Shown here piece by piece: positions 1 through 12,707 of a stretch of DNA of 64,000 nucleotides. Origin of the DNA: Ramazzottius varieornatus (lineage: Eukaryota > Animalia > Tardigrada); contig BDGG01000004.1 of assembly GCA_001949185.1 (NCBI GenBank), positions 1,885,620 through 1,949,619 of the forward strand, in the 5' to 3' direction. Every line of letters starts with the position of its first letter. Position 1 is the first letter of the stretch. The notes below the pieces were generated by a model. That model did not search any database, was not told the origin of the DNA, and saw nothing but the letters and a program-made list of their open reading frames with translations. Both the position numbers and the translations under genes were made by a program.

Positions 1-1226
1 CCGAAGCCTTGCAGCCAGCTGACTGGGTTGTTGGTCAGACACACTTTGAGAGATTCCAGGCACTTGAGTGTCTTCTCCGACAAGTGCTCCGTCTGGGCTA
101 AGTACAGGCGGAAGTCTTCGGGTGTGTCGAACTTGTTGCTGCGGTGCTGTAAAGTAGCTTCCCCAATCAGATACTGAACACTGCGGAAAACCCAGTGTGA
201 AGCCAAGTATACCTGTGATTTCTCTTTATGCCGTAACAGAAGCATATTGCGCTTTTGTTCTTGCGGAAACGCCAGCAAGTTCGATCTGGCAGTTCCTTGT
301 AGATTCATATCGTCCTGCAAACAAACACGAACTGACATTTTGAAGTTAGACTTTTATCGCATGTCCGATGTCTTCTTCATTAAATACAATAAGCGTATCT
401 GTTATTCCAAATTTTGGCGCCATCCATTCTATTTCGCAACGTGGGTTTAATTCTAACGATTTTACATAGAGCCTCTGAGTTTGTTGAATGGAGAGTGACA
501 TCTGGAGAGCCGATCAAACACTCTTGTTTACGGGTGTTTGCCTTCGCTATCAATGCGAGCGCAAGAGCCGGCCGAAAAGCTAGTTGTGGTTTTGTCGGCC
601 ACACAAAAGATAAATAGTTATGACGGAATGTTGAAAAACACTCTTAGATTACACGTCTCTTCACCATACTCCGTACGCACCGCAGTCAAGCATAAAGATG
701 CACAAAAATCACGCATCTATCTTTGTCCTCTCAATCGCCGTCACGTATGTACCCTAACAATGACCATCGAGTGGACACGAATGAATACGTCGTTAAATTA
801 AAGAACTACCAATTACTATGCAGCAGATGGCGGAAAGAAATCCAAAACAAAATCCAGAAATGGGAGGCCAGCAGACGAAACGTACAAGATCTCCATGTCA
901 AGTGGCGCGCGCTTCCATTGTTACTGGCCAGAAGCGTGCGCCACCTGAGACATCGATGTTGCGCGTTCGTTTACAGGCTTCTAAATTTGATTCTGAGATA
1001 ACAAGTTCGGAGAAATTTAGCTCTGATTTACCAGCATCTTGTCGAACTCCTCGTTAAGCCTTGATTCGTCCAGGCTCTGGACGACGCGTTGATGTTCGGC
1101 CATGTCGGCTGCCGCGGCATTTGGGTCGTCCGATCGGAAAGCATTTCCCGTCGATCGTTTCTGATGCGTCTTTTCCTTTCCCTTATCTTTTCCGCTGAGC
1201 AATGTCGTCAACTTTCGGTTCAGCAT
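1..1226 (-). CDS. dia: Diaphanous-related formin, 5' part (GBD/FH3 region); gene continues beyond the left edge
   Basis: Spliced exons 1226-1032, 314-213 and 146-1 read MLNRK...LNEEFDKML|DDMNL...|...LKCLESLKVCLTNNPVSWLQGFG, matching the DIAPH motif LESLRVSLTxNPVSWVxxFG. Confidence 0.85.
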
Positions 1227-2431
1227 CTGAAGATATAAAATAAACAGCGCGTTACAAACGGGCGATTGTATGCATATTACTCACGTGGTATAACAGTCAC
1301 TGCCAAGTGCAGGAAGGTATTTCCAAGAGCCCTCATTCACGCCGGAAGGAACACAAAATATAACAACGCCTTTTGACTCGATTATGTGATTTATGTCCGT
1401 GGAATGTACCGAATCAAGTCTTGATGATAAATAACGACCCTACAATATTCTATCCGATGTAAGTTGCCCGTAATATTCATTAAAATAGCCTTTGCTCAAT
1501 TAGAATAACGATCGCCGTTTCATCAACATAAAATATGACCTCGCCATACTTCTGCAAACACGCTGGCGTGCGCGAGCACAGGATTTGACAAAGTGGATCG
1601 GCGGAGTGCGAGCTTGACGTACCTTAGAATTAACGATCATTAGCATAATTTTCATAACAAACTGAAAGCAGTTCAGCGCACTAAATGTCTCTAAATCTTA
1701 CTCCAGGTTTTGGTACTTTCTTGGTCTCGGAGCTGTGATCCATGATTCTTCTTAAAGGCGAGCGGTAAACAGGTTACACGGAGTATGGGTAGAGTCGTAG
1801 AGATGATCAACGTCGGGGAGATAGGAAGACGATCTCATACTGGAGTATCCATCCAAGGACGACGTCAATTGTACAAGAGTCTCGAGATTTCTCCGGAAGG
1901 TGCAGTGTTCACTGATTGCCGTAAGGAAAACTTTGTTACGATCAACCGTTAAGATAACAAGATTACGATGCCTCAACAAGTGGTTCTTCCACCAACAAGT
2001 GCGAGCGAAGGTGCGTGTTCTGATTTCCGTCTCTATCAACTTTTCGAGTCTTCATTCATCATTCCAAGGGTGATTCACAAATCCCCACATGACTCACAAG
2101 CGCACAGGGTAGACCACGGGGATTTCGGAGCAGCACCGCAGCAGCCGGACAGCCCTGAGGGCGTCACGAACCTGATCGACCAGACCGGGCACTCCCTCTC
2201 ACCCCAGCTTGGTGCAGGGGAAACCGAAACCCATAAAGTGAAGGTCAAACTACGGTACGACCGTACGAGGTACGTACGGCAGTTCGCTTGTTAATCAGGA
2301 TTGCAGTGCATCATGGACGTCTTCCTCCTCTACCCGAAATTGTTCCCTCGTCGTCATATTGTCTAATTTCAGGATCGATTACAGCGACGGATTACGCTCA
2401 TGAAGGACTGAAGCAAACCAGGAGCGAAGGC

Positions 2432-5107
2432 ATGCATCGACGAATTGGACTAGAGCCTGCGGGGCCATCAACCCTGTCTAGCAGAGCCAAGGAAGCATCG
2501 TTCATCCAATGTATTCCTGCTGCTTCAAGATACTCCCGACTTCTGCTGACGGGGATACATTTCCGTGTCGCTTACCAGTCAATGAGGAATGCTCATAACG
2601 GCTCGCTCACTGCGGATGGAAGGTTTTCAACCACACTGCATTCCTTATACAACAGAATCCCCGTGCGTCGCTTGTTATGGGTCCCCGTAGTCCTTGGTAC
2701 TGTCTTCGCTGGTGGGGTGTACCTGTCAGTACATCCGGACTACACAGAGAAACGCCGAATAATCCTGACGGCAAAGGGATTCCAGCGTTTTCTCAGGTGT
2801 GTTGCAACACGATTAAGAAACCCACCTAATAGAATCTTATACACTTTGGGTTTTCTAGAACAGCAAGCATTGGCACGACCATCTCGTGGGACTACTACTG
2901 GAGCCTGCGTGGTCTTGATTCCGTGAGTACGTCGAGGCAAACGAGAGGCAAACGAGAAACCGCAAGATAATGCTAAATATACCGCCAGTAACATTATGTC
3001 TGTTTGGAATATCGTAGAGCTCGCCGGAGTACGAAAGAGCACTGTCTGCTTGCCATGACAGGTCCAGCCACAGACTTCTTGCCGGATGCCTCCTCAACGT
3101 CAGTACAAGCTTTTGACCTTATGTAGGCGCTGGTTCGCGCCTGCGCGTTTGCGAATTAAGAAATGTTGGGAAACCTTTGCGGCACCAAATGGACAGTTAC
3201 TGACGTGATGACTTGCAGGGTGGTCTTTACGTTAAGCTGGGACAAGGACTATGTTCGATGGACCACATCTTGCCGAAAGAGTACATCTCGACGTTAAGCA
3301 CACTTCAAGACCGCGCCCTGGCACGTCAGTACAATGAGATTGAGCAGTTGATGGTCGAGGAGTTTGGTAGGAAGCCGGACGTGGTGTTCAAGACGTTCGA
3401 TCGGCTCCCGATTGCCGCTGCCAGCCTAGCGCAAGTACACCGCGCCACTACTCACGACGGCTATGTAAGTTCCTGTTGTTAGATTCCACATACAGTACCG
3501 TATCGTTGGTTGTACAGTGTACGACAAAATTAACCGTTACAAAACTAATGGGCGTAATACGGCAGCCGAAGCTTATTTACGACGCAGTTAATGAGAATTA
3601 TATTTTGCTGCATGAGTAAATTTCATTGGCTTCATACATCTGGCTCCATCCAACACCCAGTTTTAACGGTTTATTTTCGTTGTTGTTGTAGGATGTCGCC
3701 GTCAAGTGCCAGTATCCCGACCTGCGCGATCGCTTCGTCGGTGACTTGCGAGCAGTAGACATATTACTTCGAGTCATCGAGACGATGCATCCCAAGTTCG
3801 GCCTTCGTTGGGTTCTCGACGAGCTCAAAGACACTCTGGCCGAAGAACTGAACTTCGAGCATGAAGCAAAGAATTCAGAGAAATGTCGGCGCGACCTGTG
3901 GCGGCTTAAGCGGTTCCTGCACATACCGGATGTTCACTGGGACTTGACCACACAACGAGTCATGACTACCGAGTTCATCGGTAATACCTGTACTGTGACC
4001 GATGTGACGTCATTGAGGAATATGGGGTTGAACGTGGCCGAGGTGAACAAGAATTTGATTAGGATATTTGGCGAGCAGATTTTTATTTCCGGGTTCGTCC
4101 ATGCTGATCCACATCCCGGGAACGTCCTGGTGAGGAACGTGAAGGGGCGAGCACAAATGGTCTTGCTGGACCATGGCTTGTATGAGAGCATGAAGGACGT
4201 CGACAGGCAGAATCTTTGCCGGCTGTGGAAAGCCATAGTACTCAACGATAAAGCCGAAATGAAGACATACTCTTCTTTGCTCGGCGTAGAAGGTGAATAC
4301 ACACGTTCGATAAGTTTGTTAGTTGGAAATACTGTAATGCTAGAATGACAAGGCTTACTTTTCCAGACTATGAGATGCTGTGCGAAATCCTACTCCAACG
4401 GCCTCTGAGTCTCGATATAGGTGCGAGTGCAAACGCGATGAAGTCTGGTGGGAGCATGAAAGATGCCTCTGATTACATGCAACAGATGGCGCAGGACCGT
4501 TTCGACCAGGTAGATAAGTCGAGTCTGGATACCTCAGTTTTGACCTGAGACTTGAACTAAGTCGGCACGATTGTTTTTTCAAGTGGCGCACGATCGTGAT
4601 GTTATTGGCTGAAAACTTGCACCACTGGGCGAATAATCTTACCGAGTCTCTTTGTCGAACTCTCAACTGTCTTTGCATTCTTCCGTTACCTTGTACCGCC
4701 GAGAATTAACTTACGTCGCTTCGTAGATAATGAAGGTTTTGAAATCAATGCCCAAAGCCATGCTGCTGATAATGCGCAACTTGAACACTGTTCGCTCCAT
4801 CTGTGCTGTGCATGGGTTCCCGGTGGACCGTTTCACAGTCAATGCTCGAATTGCTGTCCGCGGCATCCATCATGAAAACCTTCCGGAAGTTGTACTGACG
4901 GATGGCAACCAAAGCGTCGTCGCCGTACAGGAGCGCCCTCTACGGACCAGGAAGTGGTCACTGCGGAAGTTCTTCTCTCGAGTATTCTTCGAATGGAGCC
5001 TGTTCCTGCGGCGGCTATACATCACGTCCGTAATCACATACCTTCGGGCACTTCACTTCCTGGGACGCATACCTGACGTTGAGGGTATTATCCAGTTCTT
5101 GCGCTAA
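2432..5107 (+). CDS. ADCK5: aarF/ABC1 (UbiB) domain kinase, ADCK5-like; multi-exon, start codon uncertain
   Basis: Motifs [48 protein letters not shown] and LLDHGLY; GT-AG introns; stop at 5105-5107. Confidence 0.85.
3515..3690. mobile_element. MITE family A, degenerate copy inside an ADCK5 intron
   Basis: TA followed by CAGTGTACGACAAAAT at 3513-3530. The body is clearly similar to 24899-25067, and the right TIR is eroded into the splice acceptor at 3690-3691. Confidence 0.8.
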
Positions 5108-5576
5108 TTTCTTGCTCCCTACGATGAATCTTACACGAAAATTTCGAGCAGCCGCAGTGTAATATTGTTTACAAATATTATTTTGGTTTCAAACCTTTTA
5201 CGTTGACGGACCGTGTAGTTTTGCTCAGTGCGTATTGCTGTGGCTGGCCGGTGTTGTTTCTGTGATTTATTGTCACATTTGTTTGTTTTTTATGGTTTGT
5301 TCGTTTCTGGTGCTGTCAGTTGGAGAAGCAGACGTAAAACCCAAGGCACAAAGAGCTCAAAGCTAAACATTTAGAGTGCAGCAGTATGGTGCCAGTATTG
5401 CACAGAGTCAGACAGAGTATCAAAGGTCTGGTTAGCAACTCCGGTATCAGAACTTGAGCAATATGATTTGTCAGTATTATCAACAAGCGACTAAGAAAGT
5501 CGTACAGGAAGCCGAAGTATCAACAGAGTAAAATCAGCCTTCAGTTTCGAAGATGAGTTAACGACGCCGCCGGCAT

Positions 5577-8500
5577 TCACGGGTCAACAAAACTAATCAT
5601 GATGTACCGAGTCCCTTTGGTTACAGGTAGTCCTTCGTGAAAATGGGTGAGCCTTCCGGGATGAATCAAAGTCCAACCGAGACGAGTCTCAACAACGGAG
5701 CAATTGTAACGGACAAATCGACATCCGCCACCCTAAATCCGACAAGAAATAGTTACAAGCAACGGCTACCTATGTAGATGAAAATGTGAGACGAACCGGA
5801 GTGAATCTGTCACATTTTATACCTCGTAATCAACATTGGGAGTGTTCAGAGCGATATTGATGGTGTATGTAGACGAGTCGTGATGTGGTCGAAGTGCCGG
5901 CTGTTCATCGGGCTTATACCGCACAACGAAGTTCATTATGGCTTGTGGTGGCTGAGGATGTAGAACCACTGTACGTTACGAGCGAATATAGTTCTACCAA
6001 AGCACGAATTGTCTTACGTCGTGGTAATAACCCGTGTACAACTTCTCTTGTATAGGTCTAACATAGTCCTTGAGGAACAGCAGCCACTGTCGCTCCAGAC
6101 CGACTTGCTTCATGTGGATGTCCCGAGTGGGAACGTTCTCATAGCCATTTTGCAACCTTGCATCCTGTTTTTTAAACAAAGAAATCTACAGTCGTAAGTA
6201 AGAAGGGTGGTCTCGGTACCTTCCACCATCCCCGATACATTGGTGAGATGAGTTATATGCAAAGAATTTAGTACTAACGTCGTTTTTCCCGTTGGACCAT
6301 TTGCCGTAACCTTCCATGATGGCGATGAGGTCGGTAGCATATGCGGGAGTCACCAATGGGAACCAGTAGACATCTGTTCGCAAAAACAGCATTTATCAGT
6401 CTTCGAGAGAAGGACAATGCATGGTCATTTGCGGCTAATTACCTGTGCACGGCTGTTCGACGATCGTGTCCGGCTGTTTAACTGTGTTGTAGTCCTGATG
6501 AATGTACCGATATTCCCAGTCCTGTAGAAGGCATGTTGAAGTACGCACTTATGTGTCTAGCCAAAGTAATTACCCGACGACATCCATCCGACGCCTTCCT
6601 TTGCAGACGAAAGAACTTACCAGCTTGTTATTGACCAGTTGGTAAAATTCCGGTTTTGTAAGGGTTATGTCGAAACTCTCAGAGTTGACCAGATGGCCGT
6701 AGTACTGCAGGTTGGAGAGGTACATGAGTCTTCCCTGTAAGACAAAAACTCATTGTAAATCCGTCAACATTACCGAAACAGAAGAACGGGTCATCGTGCC
6801 TGTTCTCGCATGTTCTTGCACCAGGTAATATCGACGTCGGCGACCCCTTGCTCGACGAATGGGACGAAGTGGTTCTTGATCACATCCGACCTTATCATGT
6901 ACGCATTTCGGATATAAGGGACATTCCAGATGCCTCTGAAAAGAAAGACACGACATTAATACCAACAATTCTCAACGACGTCATGTCAGCACCCAGCAGG
7001 CTCGTTATTCATTTTCAAAGACCAAGGAAAGGTCGCCACGCCCGCTGAATACAATAACGCAGGCGACATTCCCGGCTCGTAGAGAAACGGCCACGCCCAT
7101 GGGTCTCGCGACTCGAGGCGTTATACAGTTCAACCACACCATCCGGGAAATTTCGAGAGCGGTAACAAGGACGGTTTATCGAGAAATCGTTTCAAGTTGG
7201 CACAAGCGAAGGAAATCAGTGGAGGAAGTGGGGACAGGAATATTTAATTGCTATTTAAATATTAAATGAAGGATTCCTCTCACACAACCCGCTGTTCTTC
7301 CCACAATGCAAAAGGATCCACAAAGCGGAAACCAATCGTTAGCTCCTAACAAAAAATCTATGGCACTCAATGCCGACACACAGCACAATGCAAAGTACCC
7401 AGAATCCCTCCTCCTGAACAAACTTCCAAATTTGACCATCTGACAATCTAACAGTGCGGGACACAAATCGATTACTGGAATATTGAGGAAGGTTGCTTTT
7501 TTTCGCCACCGTAAAAGGAGCGACTTGGATCTGCCCATTTTGCTACTGTATCCCACTTCATAATCGAATTTACTGAAGTGCACTTCGCATTTCATTTTAT
7601 CACCATATCGGTGACTGTAAAATGATCATGCGTTGTGTGGTACTCGGAATGATACTTTTTCTTGGATCAAGCCGATTTGGGCTAGATGCCGCTCGACCAT
7701 GGCGATATGATTTACCCCAGGAGCGAAAGAACTACGATTCCCAGTGGGTTTATCGGCCATACCAGGAAAGGATCGACAAGTATTACCAAAACCCGAATGT
7801 AAGTAACTTCCCTCCGTTTCGAGAAAATGTTACCCGAAATTATCCCAAAAACTAGAATAATGTTCTCGTTTCTGTGAGTCGCGAAAGCGATTGTTCATTT
7901 TCCTGTTTCATTTTCCTCGTGTTTCGGACGTTGAAAACGCTAGCCTATGGCCTAGAGGTTCCACTACATCATTCAATTTTAGGGTGCCAAAATTATACGG
8001 CAGTCTCATTTCGCCTACGAGTATCGTCTAGGGCATAAACTGCAATTTCTCTGCGTGGCTACTGGAAGTCCCCTGCCGCGCATCACTTGGCTGAAAGATG
8101 GGCTCGAACTCAACAATCATAAAAACCTGGTGGTAGGTCCTCCCTCCGACAAGTTTTCAATAACACCTGACCCCTCTCACCGACGGTGAGAATTTGTCAG
8201 CAATTTGACACCGATATTGTCTGGCCTGACAGATCCATGAATGGAAACTGAAAGCTCGCAAACACCGAGGCAAAGATGACGAAGAATCAAAGAAACGGGT
8301 TAAATCTAAACTGGAAATTGACCCAACGACGCAGGGCGACCAGGGCATATATACCTGTGTATGAATTTCATACAGCTATAATCGTCTTAGTATGCCCTCA
8401 TTTCTGAACCTGGGTGTTTTTAGGTTGCCGAAAACAAGTACGCAGTCGACGAGCGAAGATTCAAAGCCGAGTTCGTCGCAAACTAATTGACCCCCATAGA

Positions 8501-11190
8501 AATTTATGGACTCCCCTTACCGCTTAGTATAGTCCAAAATTTCACCGTAATCTTCCGAACGCGCATAGAATCCTTCGTCACTTAGTGCACCCCAGAAGTT
8601 TGACCTGGAAAATCAACGGACTCGTTATCCAACAGACACATTTAATTAGCGGGTTCAGTTTCTAACATTTTGCTGGACGTACGTACCACAGGAAGCCGGG
8701 TCGTACCAACATTGGCGCCACAACAGTTCTGCAATAAATTTAATTATGCACAGCAAACCGTTTCCGCGAACCGTTTCCATCGAGCATGCGTTTACCGATT
8801 GAGTTGTACCAAGAGACCGATCGTTTTCGATTCTGTAAGCATGGCTTCAGAATCCAAGGACAGGTGAAAATCGCAATCATGGGTAATAGTTTCCTGCCTG
8901 AAAAATTCAATAAGCAAATGAGAAAATACACTTGGTGGACCGAGTCAAATGTTGCCGAGTCTTTTGGGATCGAGACTTACGCAGCCTGGTTTCGTGCTTC
9001 CGCTTCGCTCAGCACGTCAGTCGGCTCTTTACTCGCGACTGACGCGTATCCAGCAACGTTGTTCGTAAAGTTTGTCACATGATTGCGGTGGTACTCTTCC
9101 TACAACATAAAAACTGTAGAGATCCTGACGACCCATAGCCAAAGAGACTCACCGTGTTATGAATAAAAAGGTGGATTCGGTCCTTCGGGTAATCTTGCTG
9201 GGTAATACGCTCGAAGAACTCCGTCAGAAACGGGGTCGGCTTTTCGATGAAGATTCCCATGCATACGGCTGGAAGTGTCTGATAAGATACCAAAATACTA
9301 GAAACTGTGCAGATACGTAGAATGGTTGTAGCCTACTAACATCCAGCTTGGTCAGATCGATCACATCTTCCTGACACTTCATGCAGCCTTTCACTGGTGT
9401 CCATGATCGAGCCAGGTAGTTACCCAGCATGTTCAGTGTTTCCTGTAAGGCAGAGCTCATTGTGTTATGTCACCAGGTCTTCAGTCTGTTGATTGTTCAT
9501 TAGCAGTTGCTCTCTTCGCGGATTGCGGATAAAACTTGCCTTGCTAAGTCCATTTCCGTGGATCAAAGCCGGTTCGGTGTTATGCTCCACATTGAGGATA
9601 TAGGCGTCGTCCTCTCGGAAGCGCACCTTGACGTCGTCTGAAGCAAAGTGAGCGTTATGCTTATGGCCGTACGAAATCAGTTATGGAAAAATAAGTGTCA
9701 TGTAGGGCTTTCAGGTAGTCGTAAGTGTAAATCTTACTCACCTTCTGATCCGTAAAGTGCTTGAAAAATCTCGTTCTCATAATCGAGATTGATACCCAGA
9801 TCATTCTGTTTGAACAAAGGCAAACCGGTTTGCAAAGGGCTGCTGATCGGTCTAAACATCGTAAACTGGACAAGGAAGAATGTGCAACACTGTTAAATCT
9901 TACTCGCATGTCTGCGTCCAGAAAGAGCTTTGTGTAGTACAACTGTGTCCAAAGCAAACGGCAAGTTAGCTTAAATGGCTAATGTAAATATTATGATAAC
10001 CAGCCAGCCGCACCTGATCGTCATCGGTATCAGCGACGTCGTGCACCGTCAACATCTCGTAGATGCTCTTTCCATCGCCCAGAAATCCTACAAGACATAT
10101 CATTTCCTGGTACGGTTCACTAAGTGAAAACCAGGTCGTGTGCCTCTTACCGCCAGAATTCAAGTACTTGGACGATCCCATGACGGGAGGATACTGATTC
10201 TGCAAGAAGAATGATTCGTCGGAGACAAAATACAAGACAGAAACCGCATTAGCGATAAAAATTTTAATCAGAAATAAGCAGAAATAACTGTAGAAACTAA
10301 CAGCGGAATGATTGGCAATCTTAGAATTGGTGGTCAAATGAGTGACGGTCAACACGAAGTACACCTACCGAGAGAGTGGTGTCCGGCCAGCAGAATCGTT
10401 CGGCCGTAAATAATATCCGCGACTTCGTCTGATGAAATTTCTTTATGACGCTTTTAGACGAGGCCGTAATTATGACATCGTAACTACGAGATGCGAAGAT
10501 AATGGTCAGTTATAAAATAATTAGGTATGCAGTGGTGCGTGAAGAAAAGGCGGAGAACCGCATACAATGGTATGCAGTACGATACTTCGCAGTTGCAAAC
10601 AGCGTACCTGTCAGTGAAAAGCACCAGGGTCTTGCTGTCATCCTTGTATTTCTCCATAAATCTTTTCAGGAGGTTGATCTTGTATCCACCACCGGCGCTA
10701 TTCATATCTCCACCGGCCCATGGTTGGTTCATTCCCAGAGTCTATTGGAGAAAATAACAACGAAAATAAGCGCCACACCAGTAACCCTTCATTTAAATTG
10801 GGAGGCCGGCAAACAATGTCTTGATGATCTTCTTCTCAAGTGGCGCACGTTTCCAACCAATGACAATGGAAACTGCGCCACTAAAGATAACGATCATCCA
10901 AGTTTGTTTGCCGACCTTCCAAATTATGCATACTCACCTCGACATTATAACCGTAGATCCGGGCTGATCGCATAAACCGGTGGTATCCGTCCGTGGCATT
11001 CGATGCCACCGTAACCATTAGTAATTTCGCCTCTGATAAAAAATACGATTTACAGTACGATAGACTAGGTCAGGGAGTCCGATATGTTAGATATGGGCTA
11101 AATTCTTCGGGACGTGCCTGGTTCCGTTCTGCATATCACAGTCCATATTAGGAGAAGCGTCAGGTAGGTGAATTCCAGAACTCCGCGCAT
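5577..11190 (-). CDS. PLOD: Procollagen-lysine 2-oxoglutarate 5-dioxygenase / glycosyltransferase (LH3-type PLOD), many exons
   Basis: Signal peptide; [20 protein letters not shown]; WAGGDM...GGGYKINLL; YLNSGG; SNFWGALS; [12 protein letters not shown]; [16 protein letters not shown]; [23 protein letters not shown] (HxD...H Fe-binding residues present). Confidence 0.95.
7622..8486 (+). CDS. oig-4: Secreted single-Ig-domain protein, OIG-4-like, nested antisense in a PLOD intron
   Basis: Four phase-0 exons: signal peptide...YYQNPN|[40 protein letters not shown]...|IHEWKL...[20 protein letters not shown]|[17 protein letters not shown]. Canonical Ig C-W-C core and oig-4 family motifs. Confidence 0.85.
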
Positions 11191-11384
11191 TTTTGTGCGG
11201 TCACAAAGAGCACCGGCATCCGCCTTATTGTTGGATCAGGAGATCACCAAGCATAAAATCCTCAAATAAGTTCCAAACATTGGACCGATGCTGCGCAGCT
11301 GGCAAACATGCCTCGGTCAACGAATGATCTTGCTCTACATTAGAAAGAGCAACTTCTGCAAACTGCGCAGACCAACTTGCTCTG

Positions 11385-11729
11385 TCAATCAGGAAGATGT
11401 AATTTTAGAAACGCAAATCTGGTCCAGCTGGGTTGGAAACGAGACATAGTTGCAGTTGGCACATCTGTAAACATATTCGACTGTACAGAAAGCGTCTTCT
11501 AAATGTGCCATATACTGTAGTTGCTTACCATAGGAATATTCTCGAGTGACTACCGAATGACGGAGGAAGGCTTTGCTGTGGCTCAGCCACAAATCGCGGC
11601 AAAGCTTGTCGTCTGACTAATCGATCAAAACGAGCATAGTTGCGGGAACTTACAAAGAGATGCAAAAGTCGATAAAGGCTGCTTATCATCCACCAGGTCC
11701 AAAGCTGTCCTTGTTGATCTGACGTCCAT
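11385..11729 (-). CDS. Possible small 3-exon orphan ORF (~79 aa), or PLOD 5'-UTR exons
   Basis: Two short introns with GTAAGT/GTAAGC donors and matching phase 1 join MDVRSTRTALDLVDDKQPLSTFASL|YDKLCRDLWL...REYSY|DVPTATM...LHLPD*. No recognisable family. Confidence 0.3.
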
Positions 11730-12707
11730 TTGCCACAGTTATGATCTTAAAATTCGTCGGAATGTCCATTCGAGAGTCAAGAGTCCTCGTGACGGCCACT
11801 GGTCAGTCCAGTGGGTGAGAGTCCACGTCTTTCCGAAGTCCTGCTGTTTCGGCAACGTAAATAGTAATAATAAGGTTGTTCATGGACAGAACCATAGTCC
11901 TAGCCAAGCAGCGCGAGTACCTTCCAGTAACTCCCCAGTCCACAACACTAGTACAGAGCTCTGCTACAAACGAAAGCTCAAAAGATCTGACAAACTTCCA
12001 AATGGTTCTGAAATTTGAACTTCGAAAATCGGAAAGCTCAAGTGGTGTAGACTAGATAGCTTCATGTAGCCATTGATTGATCTATCCAATCCACAAACTC
12101 TACGGCACTCTATCAATCAATAAATCATTCGAAAGGCACAGCTGTTCAACCGGAAACGTAGCTGCCGCGCGCTTCTTTTGTGTGAAACTGAGAATTCATA
12201 ACATATTTCAGCTCTCACTTCTCATGTTATCTGGCTTCCCTGCGATGTCACACCCTTTTAATTTTCTTTCGTTTCTTCGGTTCCATATTTATGACATTTA
12301 GAAACGCCCGGCATACCTTCTAACGCCAGCTGCGGTCCTAAGGTGGGGCATTTCACGTCAACTAAGCGAAGTGATTACTAATAACTATTATGATCAATGA
12401 ATAAAACTCCAATGCAATACAATAATTGCATAAATATCTGTAGAGAGCGTAAATATTGCATAAATAAGTAGCCAGCGCTGAAGCATGTCTATTAGGAAAC
12501 GTGGTGGGATCCCTCAGGCACGCATTGTTCCACTTTGCTGCATTGGTTCGCAGAGTTTGACGGCCGAGTGTCTCACAATAACCATACAAACATCGCAGTG
12601 ATTCAAATTCAGCTGGCAGACAAAAGAATAACGACCACGGTAAAGTTCTTATGTAACCAGCCGTACACCACACGAAACCCAATCTTAACCCCAATATTAC
12701 TATAATG

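Noticed and set aside
1700-2430. Exon-like segments and a 108-aa ORF (1968-2294) upstream of ADCK5
   Set aside because: Splice phases could not be joined into one ORF or into the ADCK5 frame, and no motif is recognisable. Probably 5'-UTR exons.
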